Positions 1 through 9,643 are shown, counted from the first letter of the stretch. The stretch is 64,000 nt of DNA from Coriobacteriia bacterium (GCA_009779855.1 WRBC01000002.1:111011-175010); one strand, 5' to 3'. Made by a program: numbers and translations. Notes: generated by a model not told the origin, from the letters alone.

Positions 1-668
1 ATGAAGTCTGATATTACGACATTAGGCTTAGCAGGAAGAAGTCTGGTGGGGCGCACACCTTGTGCCCCCTGGCGATTGTTGATGTTGTTCTTTGCATTTT
101 GTACAGAATCAGCGTAGATATCAAGGAACGTGTCCACCCATGAATCAAAAAGTTCAAAACCCTCTAAGGTAAAACCTTCGTGGGCTAGCTTTGCTGAAAA
201 GGCTTCAAAGCTGGGGGTAAGTGCGAGGGCATTAGTGGCTTCACGATCTTCATTCATAGCGCTGCTACCATCAGTGTTGAACTCACAGAACTTGAAGTCT
301 CCACTGTCTTCGTCGTAGAAAATGTCAATGCGGATAAGGGGGATTGCGCTAGAGTATCCTGGGTCAAGCAAGATAAGGTCTTCTAGTTCTTTTGGAAAAT
401 CAAAGTGGGTGCGGTATTCAGGATCATCAAGGTAGGCTTTGACGATTTTCTCAAGTATACCCAGTGTCGTGGTCGCAATCTGTTGGAAATGGGTGCGTTC
501 ACGGGCGGTATAAAGTTTTGGTACGTAAAGGAAGTCAGCAACTTCGTCTTTGTAGATGGCCTCAGAGTAGCACATGTAGTGTGCAGCAGATTCGCGTCCA
601 ATTTGGTCTAACTCTGGAAGATTCTCGATAATCTTTAGGTATTCGTTGCGCAATTCTGTTGTGTTCAT
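1..668 (-). CDS. Circularly permuted ATP-grasp / glutathionylspermidine-synthase-like amidoligase (runs off window start; not in ORF track)
   Basis: Hand translation from ATG 668 has no stop to the window edge: MNTTELRNEYLKIIENLPEL...IPLIRIDIFYDEDSGDFKFCEFNTDGSSAMNEDRE. RxD and EFNTD motifs present. ATGA overlap with the stop of the upstream gene. Confidence 0.8.
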   Translation of the reverse strand, partial: MNTTELRNEYLKIIENLPELDQIGRESAAHYMCYSEAIYKDEVADFLYVPKLYTARERTHFQQIATTTLGILEKIVKAYLDDPEYRTHFDFPKELEDLILLDPGYSSAIPLIRIDIFYDEDSGDFKFCEFNTDGSSAMNEDREATNALALTPSFEAFSAKLAHEGFTLEGFELFDSWVDTFLDIYADSVQNAKNNINNRQGAQGVRPTRLLPAKPNVVISDF

Positions 669-1981
669 GAGCTTCCTTTTGCAAGAGTGGTTTTGGCTGC
701 TATTAGTGGCTCGAATACGTCTAGATAAGCCTCCTCTTCTGGCGAGAGTCTTTGTAGTCCGCGGCGGGCACGGTAAAGCAGGTCTTGCAGGGCTAACTGA
801 ACGCTTCCCTCGTAATAATCCCCTACTGAGGCTTCATAACCATCACGAATAAGTGCACACTTGATTGTAGGAACGCTCTCCTCATTGAAGTGCACAAAAC
901 GTTCATTTAGTTCTGTTAGATTGCGCTCATCGTAAAAGAGCCCCTTGATTAGGGCTACATAGGCCAGTGCGTAGGGGAAAGGTATGCTGTCTGCACAGCG
1001 GATCTCAACATAATTACGTAGTCGTACATCGAAGAAAAGCATGGATAAAATATGCTCAATATCACTGTAGGCTAAGTGATTCATGTCGTAGCAGTCAGCA
1101 GCACCCTTTTGGCCTGCATAGCTGACCTTACCATCCTTATCGAAAAGTATGATGGGTGCGGTAAGGGCGGTTTGTGCGTAGGCAGCAAAGTCATAACCAG
1201 TGCGAAAAAGTCCTGGTGGAATCATGCTGCGAGCAGGGTCAACATCGTTCCAGATTGCTGTACGCTTCAGATAGTCCCTTACGGGGGCACCCTCGAAGGT
1301 GGGTGAATTGTCTGTTAATAATGAGAAAAGAGGGGTTAGGGCGGCAGCAACGCGCATCTTGATGATGGCGTCAGCTTCATTATTGTAATCAATGGTTACC
1401 TGGGTCGAGGCTGTTCCGCGCATCATGTTAATTCCGTGCTTGCCTGTGCCTTTAAAGTGCTGGTCCATCATGTTATAGCGCTCTTTAGGTAGTAGTGTAA
1501 TATCAGAAACCATCGTGTGTGGTTGGTAGCCAATAGTAAGTGGCCTATATCCCATCTGTTGGGTAACAGTAAGCAATTCGTCTTGATACTGCTTCCAGGC
1601 ATCACTTAAATCTTGCAGTTTCCAGAAGGGCATAGAGCTAAATTCGAACTGTGATCCTGGCTCTAGTGTGATCGTGGCGTCTTTGCGGACTAACCCTAAT
1701 AAAGGGCTAGAAGGGTTGGTTTTGTCTGCGCGAATTTCCTTTGCATAAAGAGGGGAGAGGCGTTCCAGTATTCCCGTGATTCCTTTTGATCCTGTAAAAG
1801 GAACAGTGCGATTGTCAACATCAACAATAATCTGCTCTAGTTCGAATCCTATACGGCTATTTCCGCAGGTTTTAGCACCCGCGGTGAAGTATTCCTTAAG
1901 TGCCGTAATGCCTGATGCGAGGTCTATTGCATTAAGCGCGGGCTCATCTTCAGTTTTGTGTGTTGGATTATGTGTAAGCAT
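665..1981 (-). CDS. Glutamate--cysteine ligase family protein (GCS2/plant-type GshA-like)
   Basis: Motifs IGFELE, ITLEPGSQFEFS, MMRGTASTQVTIDY, RTAIW, DVRLRNYVEIRCADS. Confidence 0.85.
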   Translation of the reverse strand: MLTHNPTHKTEDEPALNAIDLASGITALKEYFTAGAKTCGNSRIGFELEQIIVDVDNRTVPFTGSKGITGILERLSPLYAKEIRADKTNPSSPLLGLVRKDATITLEPGSQFEFSSMPFWKLQDLSDAWKQYQDELLTVTQQMGYRPLTIGYQPHTMVSDITLLPKERYNMMDQHFKGTGKHGINMMRGTASTQVTIDYNNEADAIIKMRVAAALTPLFSLLTDNSPTFEGAPVRDYLKRTAIWNDVDPARSMIPPGLFRTGYDFAAYAQTALTAPIILFDKDGKVSYAGQKGAADCYDMNHLAYSDIEHILSMLFFDVRLRNYVEIRCADSIPFPYALAYVALIKGLFYDERNLTELNERFVHFNEESVPTIKCALIRDGYEASVGDYYEGSVQLALQDLLYRARRGLQRLSPEEEAYLDVFEPLIAAKTTLAKGSS

Positions 1982-2091
1982 AACTTTATTTTATAGCATT
2001 TTTGCTTAGCTTTTATAGGGTATTATATTTCTGTCTAAGAGATAAGAGGATTTAGACGAATTTAAGCGTATGCGCGAATCGAAAGTGAGGA

Positions 2092-2607
2092 ATGTTTATG
2101 GAACAGGCAGGACAAGTACTGGCACTGGGGACAATGGATGCAGGTGTCATGGCAGGCTTTGGCATGATGCATGGCTCGATGCTCTCTATTGCAGCTATTT
2201 TGCAAATTGTGGGTATGGCTCTTGTTTTCAGAAAAGCTGATGAAGGCTGGTGGAAGGCGATTATCCCTATCTATGATATCTATATACAGGCAAAAATAGG
2301 GAAGGCGCCTCTGTCATGGTTCTGGATTGTGCTTGCAGCAATTGTCGGTGGAACTTTCCTTTCAATTGTTGGGGCCGTAATTGCTGGTGCTGTGAGCCCA
2401 GGTATTTTTGGACTGCTTGTAATGTTTGTCGGTATTGTTGTGATACTTGTAGGGGCAGCCTTCTCTATTATGATTTCATACAGACTGGTTCTTGCCTTTG
2501 GAAAAGGCGTAGGTTTTCTCATTGGCCTTATCTTTTTACCGACAATTTTTTGGTTAATTCTTGGTCTAGACAGTTCAGAATATCAGCCGGCTGAAACATC
2601 TGCGTAG
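2092..2607 (+). CDS. DUF5684-like membrane protein
   Basis: VFRKADEGWWKAIIPIY and FGKGVGFLIGLIFLPTIFWLILG motifs; GAGG RBS. Confidence 0.7.
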   Translation: MFMEQAGQVLALGTMDAGVMAGFGMMHGSMLSIAAILQIVGMALVFRKADEGWWKAIIPIYDIYIQAKIGKAPLSWFWIVLAAIVGGTFLSIVGAVIAGAVSPGIFGLLVMFVGIVVILVGAAFSIMISYRLVLAFGKGVGFLIGLIFLPTIFWLILGLDSSEYQPAETSA

Positions 2608-2633
2608 ACGTTATACGACAAGGATGCAAAACA

Positions 2634-2670
2634 AAGAGGGCTGGCAGCGTGAATGCTAGCCCTCTTCTTG
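2634..2670 (+). terminator. Intrinsic terminator
   Basis: aagagggctggca / tgctagccctctt stem followed by a T-rich tail. Confidence 0.65.
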
Positions 2671-2791
2671 TATGCTGACCCATTCCTTGTATAGGGCTGT
2701 GCTAAAATTCTATGCTTGTAGACTACTGCTAAAGTGCAGTGCACTTAGGTATACTTTCGACTTAGAAATACACTAATAAAGGGAGCATCTT

Positions 2792-5782
2792 TTGACCAAT
2801 TATAAAGATACGATGAATCTGCCAAAGACTGAATTTCCCATGCGTGCTAACTTAAGTCAGCGCGAACCGGTATGGGTGGACTTTTGGCAGGAGAAAGATA
2901 TTCATCAGCGTGCCGTTCAAGCACGTAAGGCGCAGGACGCACCTCCCTTTATTTTGCATGATGGCCCTCCGTATGCGAATGGACATATTCACATGGGGAC
3001 GGCTTACAATAAAATCTTTAAGGATCTTATCGTTAAGTATAAAACTATGCGCGGTTACTACAGTCCTTATGTGCCAGGCTGGGACTGCCACGGACAACCC
3101 ATTGAACATAAAGTAGAGCAAGATTTAGGTCCAAAGCGCATGGCGACTATTACAAAACCAGAATTGCGTGAGCTTTGCCGTGATTATGCGCTGAGATGGG
3201 TGGACGTTCAGCGCAGTGAATTTAAGCGCCTTGGTGTCTTGGGCGACTGGGATAATCCTTATCTGACCCTAAATCACGACTATGAAGCAGGAAATGTTGA
3301 AGTATTTAAAAAGCTTTTCTTAGATGGCGTGGTCTACCGCGGACGCAAGGCAATCCATTGGTGCATGCGTTGCCATACAGCACTTGCAGAGGCAGAGATT
3401 GAATACGGGGATGTGACCAGTCCTTCACTCTATGCAGCCTTTAAGATGAATGCCCTGCCGCAAGCATGGAAAGAGGCGGCTCGACAGGACGGGCAATCTG
3501 CGCCTGAGGCATCGCTGGTTATCTGGACGACGACCCCTTGGACACTGCCTTCAAACGTGGCGGTGACTTTGTCTGCCGATGCTGCTTATGTAGCACTACG
3601 TGCGGCAGAGGGTAAGCTGCTTATTCTGGCAAGGGAGCGCGCAGAAGCTATTGCAGAAGTGCTTGAACTTGATGCAGGCAGCATTGACTACTTGAAGGAT
3701 GCGCATGGCAAGGTAATTGAGGTTCTAGGGTCAGAGCTTGCTGACTTTACCTATCAACGACCTGTTTCTGAAACACATCCCGACTTGGCAGGTCGCATCG
3801 TTTTAGGTGAACATGTGGAACTAACCACGGGTACCGGTGCTGTTCACACTGCTACAGGCCATGGTCATGAAGATTACTTAATGGGACAAAAGTGGGGACT
3901 TGAGACCATTATGCCCGTTAAGGAAAATGGTGTTTTTGACCAAAACGCAGGCCCCTTTGAAGGAATGCATATTTATAAGGCTAACCCTAAGATTATTGAG
4001 TATCTTGAAGATAAGGGTACCCTTCTTGCGTCTAGCACCATTGATCACTCTTATCCCCATTGCTGGAGGTGTAAAAAGCCTGTCATTTTCCGCGCGACAG
4101 AACAGTGGTTTGTATCGATGGATCACCCAGGTCTTGCTGTGGACTCAGATGAGGCGGGTACGGACAAGGTGAATACGGGTGCTAGAAAACAAGGCTTGCG
4201 CGACGGAGCATTAGCAAAAACAGATAGTTTTCGCTGGATTCCAGGTGTGAGTAGAAATCGCATGTCAGCCATGATTGAAGGCAGGCCTGATTGGTGCATT
4301 TCCCGTCAGCGCTCGTGGGGGGTTCCTATTCCAGCACATCGCTGTGAACCTTGTGGCGAGGTTGTGGCAAATGAAGCAACACTTGATGCGATTATTTATT
4401 TGTTCAGAACACAGGGCGCAGATGCTTGGTTTACCACTGATCCTGCAGAGTATTTGCCTGCAGGAACAGCCTGCGAAAAATGCGGAAGCGCAGACCTTAG
4501 GCCAGAGAACGACATCGTTGATGTTTGGTGGGAGTCAGGTGTTTCACACACTTCTGTGCTTGAGGCACGCCCTGAATTGCAGCGTCCTGCACAGATGTAC
4601 ATAGAGGGTACAGACCAGCATCGTGGTTGGTTCCAGTCTGCTTACTTGACCAGTATTGGCGCCTATGGTGAAGCACCTTGGGAAAATTTGCTGACGCATG
4701 GTTTTACCGTAGACGGTGAAGGTCGCAAAATGAGTAAGTCAATCGGGAATGTAATTTCCCCCATCGATGTCACAGATAAACTAGGCGCTGATATCATTCG
4801 CCTATGGGTAGCGACCACCGATTTTAGTGGAGATGTGGGAGTATCTGATGAGATTTTGTCTCGCGTTAGTGATTCCTACAGACGCGTGCGCAATAGCTTG
4901 CGCTTTTTGCTAGGAAATACCTACGACTTCAATCCTGCAGTTGATGCACTGCCACATCGTGATTTGCTGCAAACTGACAAGTACTGGATGATTCGTCTGG
5001 CACAGCTACACAAAGCAGTGACTACCTATAATGATGATTGGAAGTTCTATCTGGCCCAGCGCGAAGCCCTAGATTTTCTAGGAGAATTCTCTGCGCTTTA
5101 CATTGATGTACTGAAAGATCGCCTTTATTCTGATTTGGCAGATTCTCGCGAACGTCGCAGTGCCCAAACGGTACTTGCTGCTGCGCTGAATCTGCTGGTA
5201 AAGGTCTTTGCTCCTGTTTTAGCGTTTACTTGCGAAGAAACCTGGAGCTTTATGGCAGACGAATGGAAGCGTGATGCTGCGGGTAATGTGGTGGAGAGCG
5301 TCCATCTTTGTGACTGGCCAGAATTTGAGCTAGATTTGTGTGATGAAGAGGTTGCTACACAAGTCACTGCTTTTGAGCGCGTACTGGAAGTACGTGAGGT
5401 CGCCACAAAGGCACTTGAGGCCGCTCGCAATGCAGGATTGGTAGGTAAGAGTCAAGAAGCTGTTATTACCATCAAGGCGCCTGCAGAAACTTTGAGTACA
5501 CTTCGTGCGATTGAGCTGGGATTGCTTGAAGAGGTATTTATTGTGGCAGCAGTCAACTTAGAAGAGGTCGATTCTAGCGTGCTTGCTGCTTCTGCAGGTG
5601 CTAATCAAATGGAGGGCAGTGGCGTGACTCAGGCCAGTCCGGTTGCAATAGTACTTGTCGACAAAACTGATCTTGAAAAGTGTCCACGTTGCTGGAACTA
5701 CCGTGAGTTAAGAACTGATTCTGCTTATCCAGAAGTCTGTGCACGCTGCGCAGCTGTGCTGACCCAATTGGCTCTGAACTAG
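2792..5782 (+). CDS. ileS: Isoleucine--tRNA ligase (type 1)
   Basis: LHDGPPYANG-HMGT, WCISRQR, KMSKS and C-terminal CPRCW...CARC zinc finger. Confidence 0.97.
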   Translation: MTNYKDTMNLPKTEFPMRANLSQREPVWVDFWQEKDIHQRAVQARKAQDAPPFILHDGPPYANGHIHMGTAYNKIFKDLIVKYKTMRGYYSPYVPGWDCHGQPIEHKVEQDLGPKRMATITKPELRELCRDYALRWVDVQRSEFKRLGVLGDWDNPYLTLNHDYEAGNVEVFKKLFLDGVVYRGRKAIHWCMRCHTALAEAEIEYGDVTSPSLYAAFKMNALPQAWKEAARQDGQSAPEASLVIWTTTPWTLPSNVAVTLSADAAYVALRAAEGKLLILARERAEAIAEVLELDAGSIDYLKDAHGKVIEVLGSELADFTYQRPVSETHPDLAGRIVLGEHVELTTGTGAVHTATGHGHEDYLMGQKWGLETIMPVKENGVFDQNAGPFEGMHIYKANPKIIEYLEDKGTLLASSTIDHSYPHCWRCKKPVIFRATEQWFVSMDHPGLAVDSDEAGTDKVNTGARKQGLRDGALAKTDSFRWIPGVSRNRMSAMIEGRPDWCISRQRSWGVPIPAHRCEPCGEVVANEATLDAIIYLFRTQGADAWFTTDPAEYLPAGTACEKCGSADLRPENDIVDVWWESGVSHTSVLEARPELQRPAQMYIEGTDQHRGWFQSAYLTSIGAYGEAPWENLLTHGFTVDGEGRKMSKSIGNVISPIDVTDKLGADIIRLWVATTDFSGDVGVSDEILSRVSDSYRRVRNSLRFLLGNTYDFNPAVDALPHRDLLQTDKYWMIRLAQLHKAVTTYNDDWKFYLAQREALDFLGEFSALYIDVLKDRLYSDLADSRERRSAQTVLAAALNLLVKVFAPVLAFTCEETWSFMADEWKRDAAGNVVESVHLCDWPEFELDLCDEEVATQVTAFERVLEVREVATKALEAARNAGLVGKSQEAVITIKAPAETLSTLRAIELGLLEEVFIVAAVNLEEVDSSVLAASAGANQMEGSGVTQASPVAIVLVDKTDLEKCPRCWNYRELRTDSAYPEVCARCAAVLTQLALN

Positions 5783-5791
5783 GACAGTTAC

Positions 5792-6475
5792 TTGCTAGAT
5801 CAGCCCAGAAAAATGTTCCAAGCGGTAGTAGTATTTTGGCTACTGCTTGACTTCATGACAAAGCAGGTTGTAGTTCAGTTCATGGATTTACGTGAAAGCA
5901 TTCCCTTATGGGAGGGTGTTTTCCATCTGACCTCTGTGCGCAATTCTGGGGCAGCATTTTCTTTGATGGAAGGGCAATTTTGGGTCTTTTATTTGGCGAT
6001 GGCCTTGCTGGCTCTTATAGTCGCTTGGTATTGGGTGTCGGAAAGACCGAGGCACTGGATGCCTGTGCTCGGAACAGCTCTGGTGATGGCGGGTGCTCTA
6101 GGCAATACTGCTGATCGCCTGGCTACGGGTGCTGTTGTTGATATGTTCGATTTTAGGCTAATTAACTTTGCCATATTCAATGTTGCTGATGTGGGTATTA
6201 CAGTCGGTAGCATCCTTTTTGTGGTTTGGCTAGTCTTCCTGTCAGAGGAAGTCAAGTGGGGTGAAATCTTCGGTCGGAGAAAGGCAGCCCCTAACGAAAT
6301 AGTGCCCGCAATGGCAGGAGCCACTGATATTTCGGTTGTCGCGACAGAAAAGGCAGATGCTGCAGAGGCAGCAGCAATAAAAGAAGCTCTTCCCCGTCTT
6401 AGTTTATGGGAGCGCCTCGAATTGAAGCTGCAAAAATGGGAAGCAGATATTGAACACGAAGAGGGTCATGGCTGA
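5792..6475 (+). CDS. lspA: Signal peptidase II
   Basis: NSGAAFS, GNTADR, VVDMF, FNVADV motifs; follows ileS. Confidence 0.93.
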   Translation: MLDQPRKMFQAVVVFWLLLDFMTKQVVVQFMDLRESIPLWEGVFHLTSVRNSGAAFSLMEGQFWVFYLAMALLALIVAWYWVSERPRHWMPVLGTALVMAGALGNTADRLATGAVVDMFDFRLINFAIFNVADVGITVGSILFVVWLVFLSEEVKWGEIFGRRKAAPNEIVPAMAGATDISVVATEKADAAEAAAIKEALPRLSLWERLELKLQKWEADIEHEEGHG

Positions 6476-7448
6476 TTCCAATATAACTAACCTTGAGCAT
6501 GTGATAGATCGCGTAATCGAGCATACGGTAGGCGAAGAAGATGCAGGGACACGTCTTGATGTTTTTATGGGGTCATTGCCTGACATTGAGACACGTTCGC
6601 GTGCCGCACGCTACATCGACGAAAAGCTGGTAACTGTTGACGGAGAGCTGCGGACAAAGAAGCACCTTGTTGTAGCAGGTGAGCGCGTCAGTATTTCTAT
6701 TCCGCCCCCACGCGTAACGACACTTGAGCCCGAATTTATCCCCCTTGATATTCGCTATGAAGATGACGAGATCATCGTATTGTCAAAGGAAACAGGAATG
6801 GTGGTTCATCCTGCCCCAGGCCACAGAACAGGAACTTTGGTAAATGCTCTTTTAGCGCATTCGATGGAACTAGGTAAATTGCAAGGCACTGAACGTCCCG
6901 GCATAGTACATCGTCTAGATATGGATACCTCGGGACTCATGGTGGTAGCAAAAAGTGACCGTGCACAGCAACGCTTGCAAGATGCTATTCGTGCCCGAGT
7001 AATCGACAGGCGCTATCTTGCTTTAGTGCACGGATGGATTGCCCCAGAAACGGGCATTGTGGATGCCCCTATAGCGCGTGCACCTGGGGACAAATTGCGC
7101 ATGCGTGTACATGACGGTTCTAGGGCGAAGGAAGCTCAAACAACCTTTAAAGTATTAGAGCGCTTTGAGCCTGGTCGCTATGATGATGGATTCACCCTTG
7201 TTGAATGCAAGCTATTTACGGGACGTACTCATCAAATTCGTGTACATATGCGCTATATTGGACACGCGATAGTGGGAGATCCGACGTATGGACGGGGCAC
7301 TCTGCCAGCTAATCACTATTTGCAGAGGCAATTTTTGCACTCATACATCCTCGCTTTTACTCATCCCGTAACGGGCGAAGAAATGTTTTTTGAAGATGAC
7401 CTACCAGAGGACTTGCAAAACGTAATCGACGAATTAAACCCTAGATAA
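6468..7448 (+). CDS. rluD: RluA/RluD family pseudouridine synthase
   Basis: S4 domain, GIVHRLDMDTSG, TGRTHQIRVH; ATG 6468 has a GAGG RBS. Confidence 0.9.
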   Translation: MADSNITNLEHVIDRVIEHTVGEEDAGTRLDVFMGSLPDIETRSRAARYIDEKLVTVDGELRTKKHLVVAGERVSISIPPPRVTTLEPEFIPLDIRYEDDEIIVLSKETGMVVHPAPGHRTGTLVNALLAHSMELGKLQGTERPGIVHRLDMDTSGLMVVAKSDRAQQRLQDAIRARVIDRRYLALVHGWIAPETGIVDAPIARAPGDKLRMRVHDGSRAKEAQTTFKVLERFEPGRYDDGFTLVECKLFTGRTHQIRVHMRYIGHAIVGDPTYGRGTLPANHYLQRQFLHSYILAFTHPVTGEEMFFEDDLPEDLQNVIDELNPR

Positions 7449-7499
7449 TAAGTCGCTAATAGATCGAAAATAAGCCAAAATCACGAACAGGAGCCAACC

Positions 7500-8699
7500 A
7501 TGTCAGTAGAGCAACTACCTAGAACTATTTGGTGGGAAGACAATGCCGTCCATATGATTGACCAGACGCGTCTGCCCTTGCAGGGGGACGTACTAGTTTG
7601 CAACACCTACGAGGGTGTGATTATTGCCATCCAGACTCTTGCGGTGCGCGGGGCACCTGCAATCGGTGCTGCAGGCGCGTTGGGCGTTGCATTGTGGGGG
7701 AGCACTGAGGGTATGCAGTTTGAGACTCTTGCTGATGAGTATCTGGTTGCAGCCCAATCTATTTGTGATGAATTGGCAGATGCTAGACCAACTGCAGTAA
7801 ATCTGTCGCGTGAAGTTAATCGACTGCGCGCTGTCATCGAAAAGGCTGCAGCGGAAGAGTTGAGTCCAGAAACTTTGAGTGAATTGCTTATTGCAGAGGC
7901 TCATAAAGTTATGGAGGAAGATGAGGCGGCCAATAGAGCCTTAGGTGATTACGGTGCTGCGCTCTTTGATAGCCCGACAAAGTTTTTGACGCACTGTAAT
8001 GCGGGGTCGTTGGCAACAACCTTCTATGGCACTGCTCTAGGTGTTATTTATTCAGCACATACGCAAGGCAAGGTCGAGCATGTCTGGGTAGATGAGACGC
8101 GCCCTGTTAATCAGGGTGGTAGACTTACTGCCTGGGAATTGCTGTTTGCAGGTGTTCCTTCACAGCTAATCTGTGACAACATGGCAGCTTTCGTTATGGG
8201 GGAAGGGCTGGTTGACGCGATTGTCGTAGGGGCTGACCGCATCTGTGCAAATGGAGACACCGCCAATAAGATTGGAACTTACGGTCTGGCCATCATAGCA
8301 AAAGAACATGACATACCCTTCTATGTTGCTGCCCCCAGCACGACCTTTGACTTGGAGCTTACAGAAGGCAAGCAGATCGAAATTGAGGTGCGTGACCAAC
8401 GTGAAATCGAAGGGATTACGGTTAGTGGAACCTTTGATGCACCTAGTCCAGAAATAAGTGCTGCCTTCGACAAAATGATAGCAGAGGGTCCTGCAGAAAT
8501 GCCTTTGTCAAAGGGCCACCATATGACTATAGCGCGTAAGGGCGGAGGGTTTGCCTTTGATGCGTGGTTTAAGAATACTCCTACGCATGTACAGTGCTTT
8601 AATCCTGCCTTTGATGTGACACCAGCAAAGTATGTTACTGCCTATATTACAGAGCGCGGTGTTATTACTGCAGGCGAGATCAAGGAGAAGATGGCGTAG
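7500..8699 (+). CDS. mtnA: S-methyl-5-thioribose-1-phosphate isomerase
   Basis: IDQTRLP, VRGAPAIG, THCNAG, DETRP, GADRI, NKIGT, NPAFDVTP. Confidence 0.93.
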   Translation: MSVEQLPRTIWWEDNAVHMIDQTRLPLQGDVLVCNTYEGVIIAIQTLAVRGAPAIGAAGALGVALWGSTEGMQFETLADEYLVAAQSICDELADARPTAVNLSREVNRLRAVIEKAAAEELSPETLSELLIAEAHKVMEEDEAANRALGDYGAALFDSPTKFLTHCNAGSLATTFYGTALGVIYSAHTQGKVEHVWVDETRPVNQGGRLTAWELLFAGVPSQLICDNMAAFVMGEGLVDAIVVGADRICANGDTANKIGTYGLAIIAKEHDIPFYVAAPSTTFDLELTEGKQIEIEVRDQREIEGITVSGTFDAPSPEISAAFDKMIAEGPAEMPLSKGHHMTIARKGGGFAFDAWFKNTPTHVQCFNPAFDVTPAKYVTAYITERGVITAGEIKEKMA

Positions 8700-8720
8700 C
8701 CTTTGGTGTTTCTAGCCCGG

Positions 8721-9485
8721 CTACCATGCGCGACCTAGTGTAGCTACGCGTACTTCTTGTGCGCCTGCCTTTAGTAGTGCTTGTGTGGCGGCTTCTGCTG
8801 TTGCGCCTGTGGTGAAAACATCATCAATAAGCAGGATTTTGCGGGGAAGAGGCGAATAATGATTCTGCGTGCTGGCACTGGTGTAGTCTTTTGCATTTAT
8901 TTTGTCCATGATGCAGGTAAATTGTAGCGAGACCTCCTTTCGTTGCTTTCGGGAGAGCCCTCTTTGATCATGGTTGTCTAACTGTTTTTGACGGACGAGC
9001 AGGGATATGGAGGGCAGATTCAGAAGGTGGGCAGAGCTGCACGCAAGCAGTTCCCCGTGATCAAATCCGCGTCGCTTCAGCGCTTCTTTTGTGGAGGGTA
9101 TCCAGCAGGCTGCTTCTGCCCACGTCCCCCAGTTGTCTTGGATACACTTTGCTAAAAGAGTCCCGAGTAAACGGGCAAGTCTTCGCTCATTCGCATCTTT
9201 GTATAGCACGATTGACCGTGCAAGTGAACCATCCAGTATGCCTAGGGAAAGCGCGGCAGTAAAGCTATATTCTGTTTCCCAGCACTCAGTGCAGGTTAGG
9301 GCTCCGTAAGGTCCTGCACATTTAGGACAGGCTTGTTCTTGTAGATAACTTTGTTGAAGGCTCTCTAGACATTGGGAGCACAGGAGGATTCCCTGTCTCT
9401 CGCATCCAGCACAGCGTGTAGGAGCGATGAGCTCCCCCAAAGCCATTCCTATACTTGAGTTTAAAACCCTACCTGCTAACTTCAT
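8721..9485 (-). CDS. comF: ComF family competence protein (double zinc ribbon + PRTase domain)
   Basis: Four CxxC pairs, RRGFDHG, LLIDDVFTTGAT. Confidence 0.88.
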   Translation of the reverse strand: MKLAGRVLNSSIGMALGELIAPTRCAGCERQGILLCSQCLESLQQSYLQEQACPKCAGPYGALTCTECWETEYSFTAALSLGILDGSLARSIVLYKDANERRLARLLGTLLAKCIQDNWGTWAEAACWIPSTKEALKRRGFDHGELLACSSAHLLNLPSISLLVRQKQLDNHDQRGLSRKQRKEVSLQFTCIMDKINAKDYTSASTQNHYSPLPRKILLIDDVFTTGATAEAATQALLKAGAQEVRVATLGRAW

Positions 9486-9491
9486 GCTTTT

Positions 9492-9497
9492 ATCCTA
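9492..9497 (-). promoter_or_regulatory. -10 box (TAGGAT) of a probably leaderless comF promoter
   Basis: TAGGAT lies 6 nt before the ATG; no Shine-Dalgarno sequence. Confidence 0.55.
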
Positions 9498-9506
9498 GCA
9501 AGCGAC

Positions 9507-9605
9507 GATTCGAGCCTGATTAAGCTGTCAGTAAGTGTGCGTTAAGTCTTGATTAAAGCAGGATTAAGGCAAGGTTAAACGAGGATTAAGTCTTGATTCA
9601 GGGCG
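9507..9605. repeat. Array of 8-9 degenerate 11-bp direct repeats (GRTTAAG core) upstream of comF
   Basis: Cores at 9520, 9531, 9542, 9553, 9564, 9575, 9586, 9597, an exact 11-bp period. Confidence 0.8.
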
Positions 9606-9619
9606 TCTTTAACTATTTC

Positions 9620-9643
9620 AAAGCGGTCGAATTCGACCGCTTT
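9620..9643. repeat. Perfect 24-bp palindrome AAAGCGGTCGAATTCGACCGCTTT
   Basis: Directly visible, with no loop. Confidence 0.9.

Noticed and set aside
130-611. Short ORFs listed at the window start
   Set aside because: They overlap the real minus-strand ATP-grasp frame that starts at 668
2670-2791. T-box riboswitch upstream of ileS (common in Actinobacteria)
   Set aside because: No GGTGGTACCGCG-like T-box sequence; the -10 box (TATACT, about 2750) leaves only about 35 nt of leader
2990-3001. HMGT in place of the HIGH motif in IleRS
   Set aside because: HxGT variants occur in other type-1 IleRS; no evidence of altered function
9507-9605. CRISPR array interpretation of the periodic repeats
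   Set aside because: Units are 11 bp with no spacers of CRISPR length, and there are no cas genes
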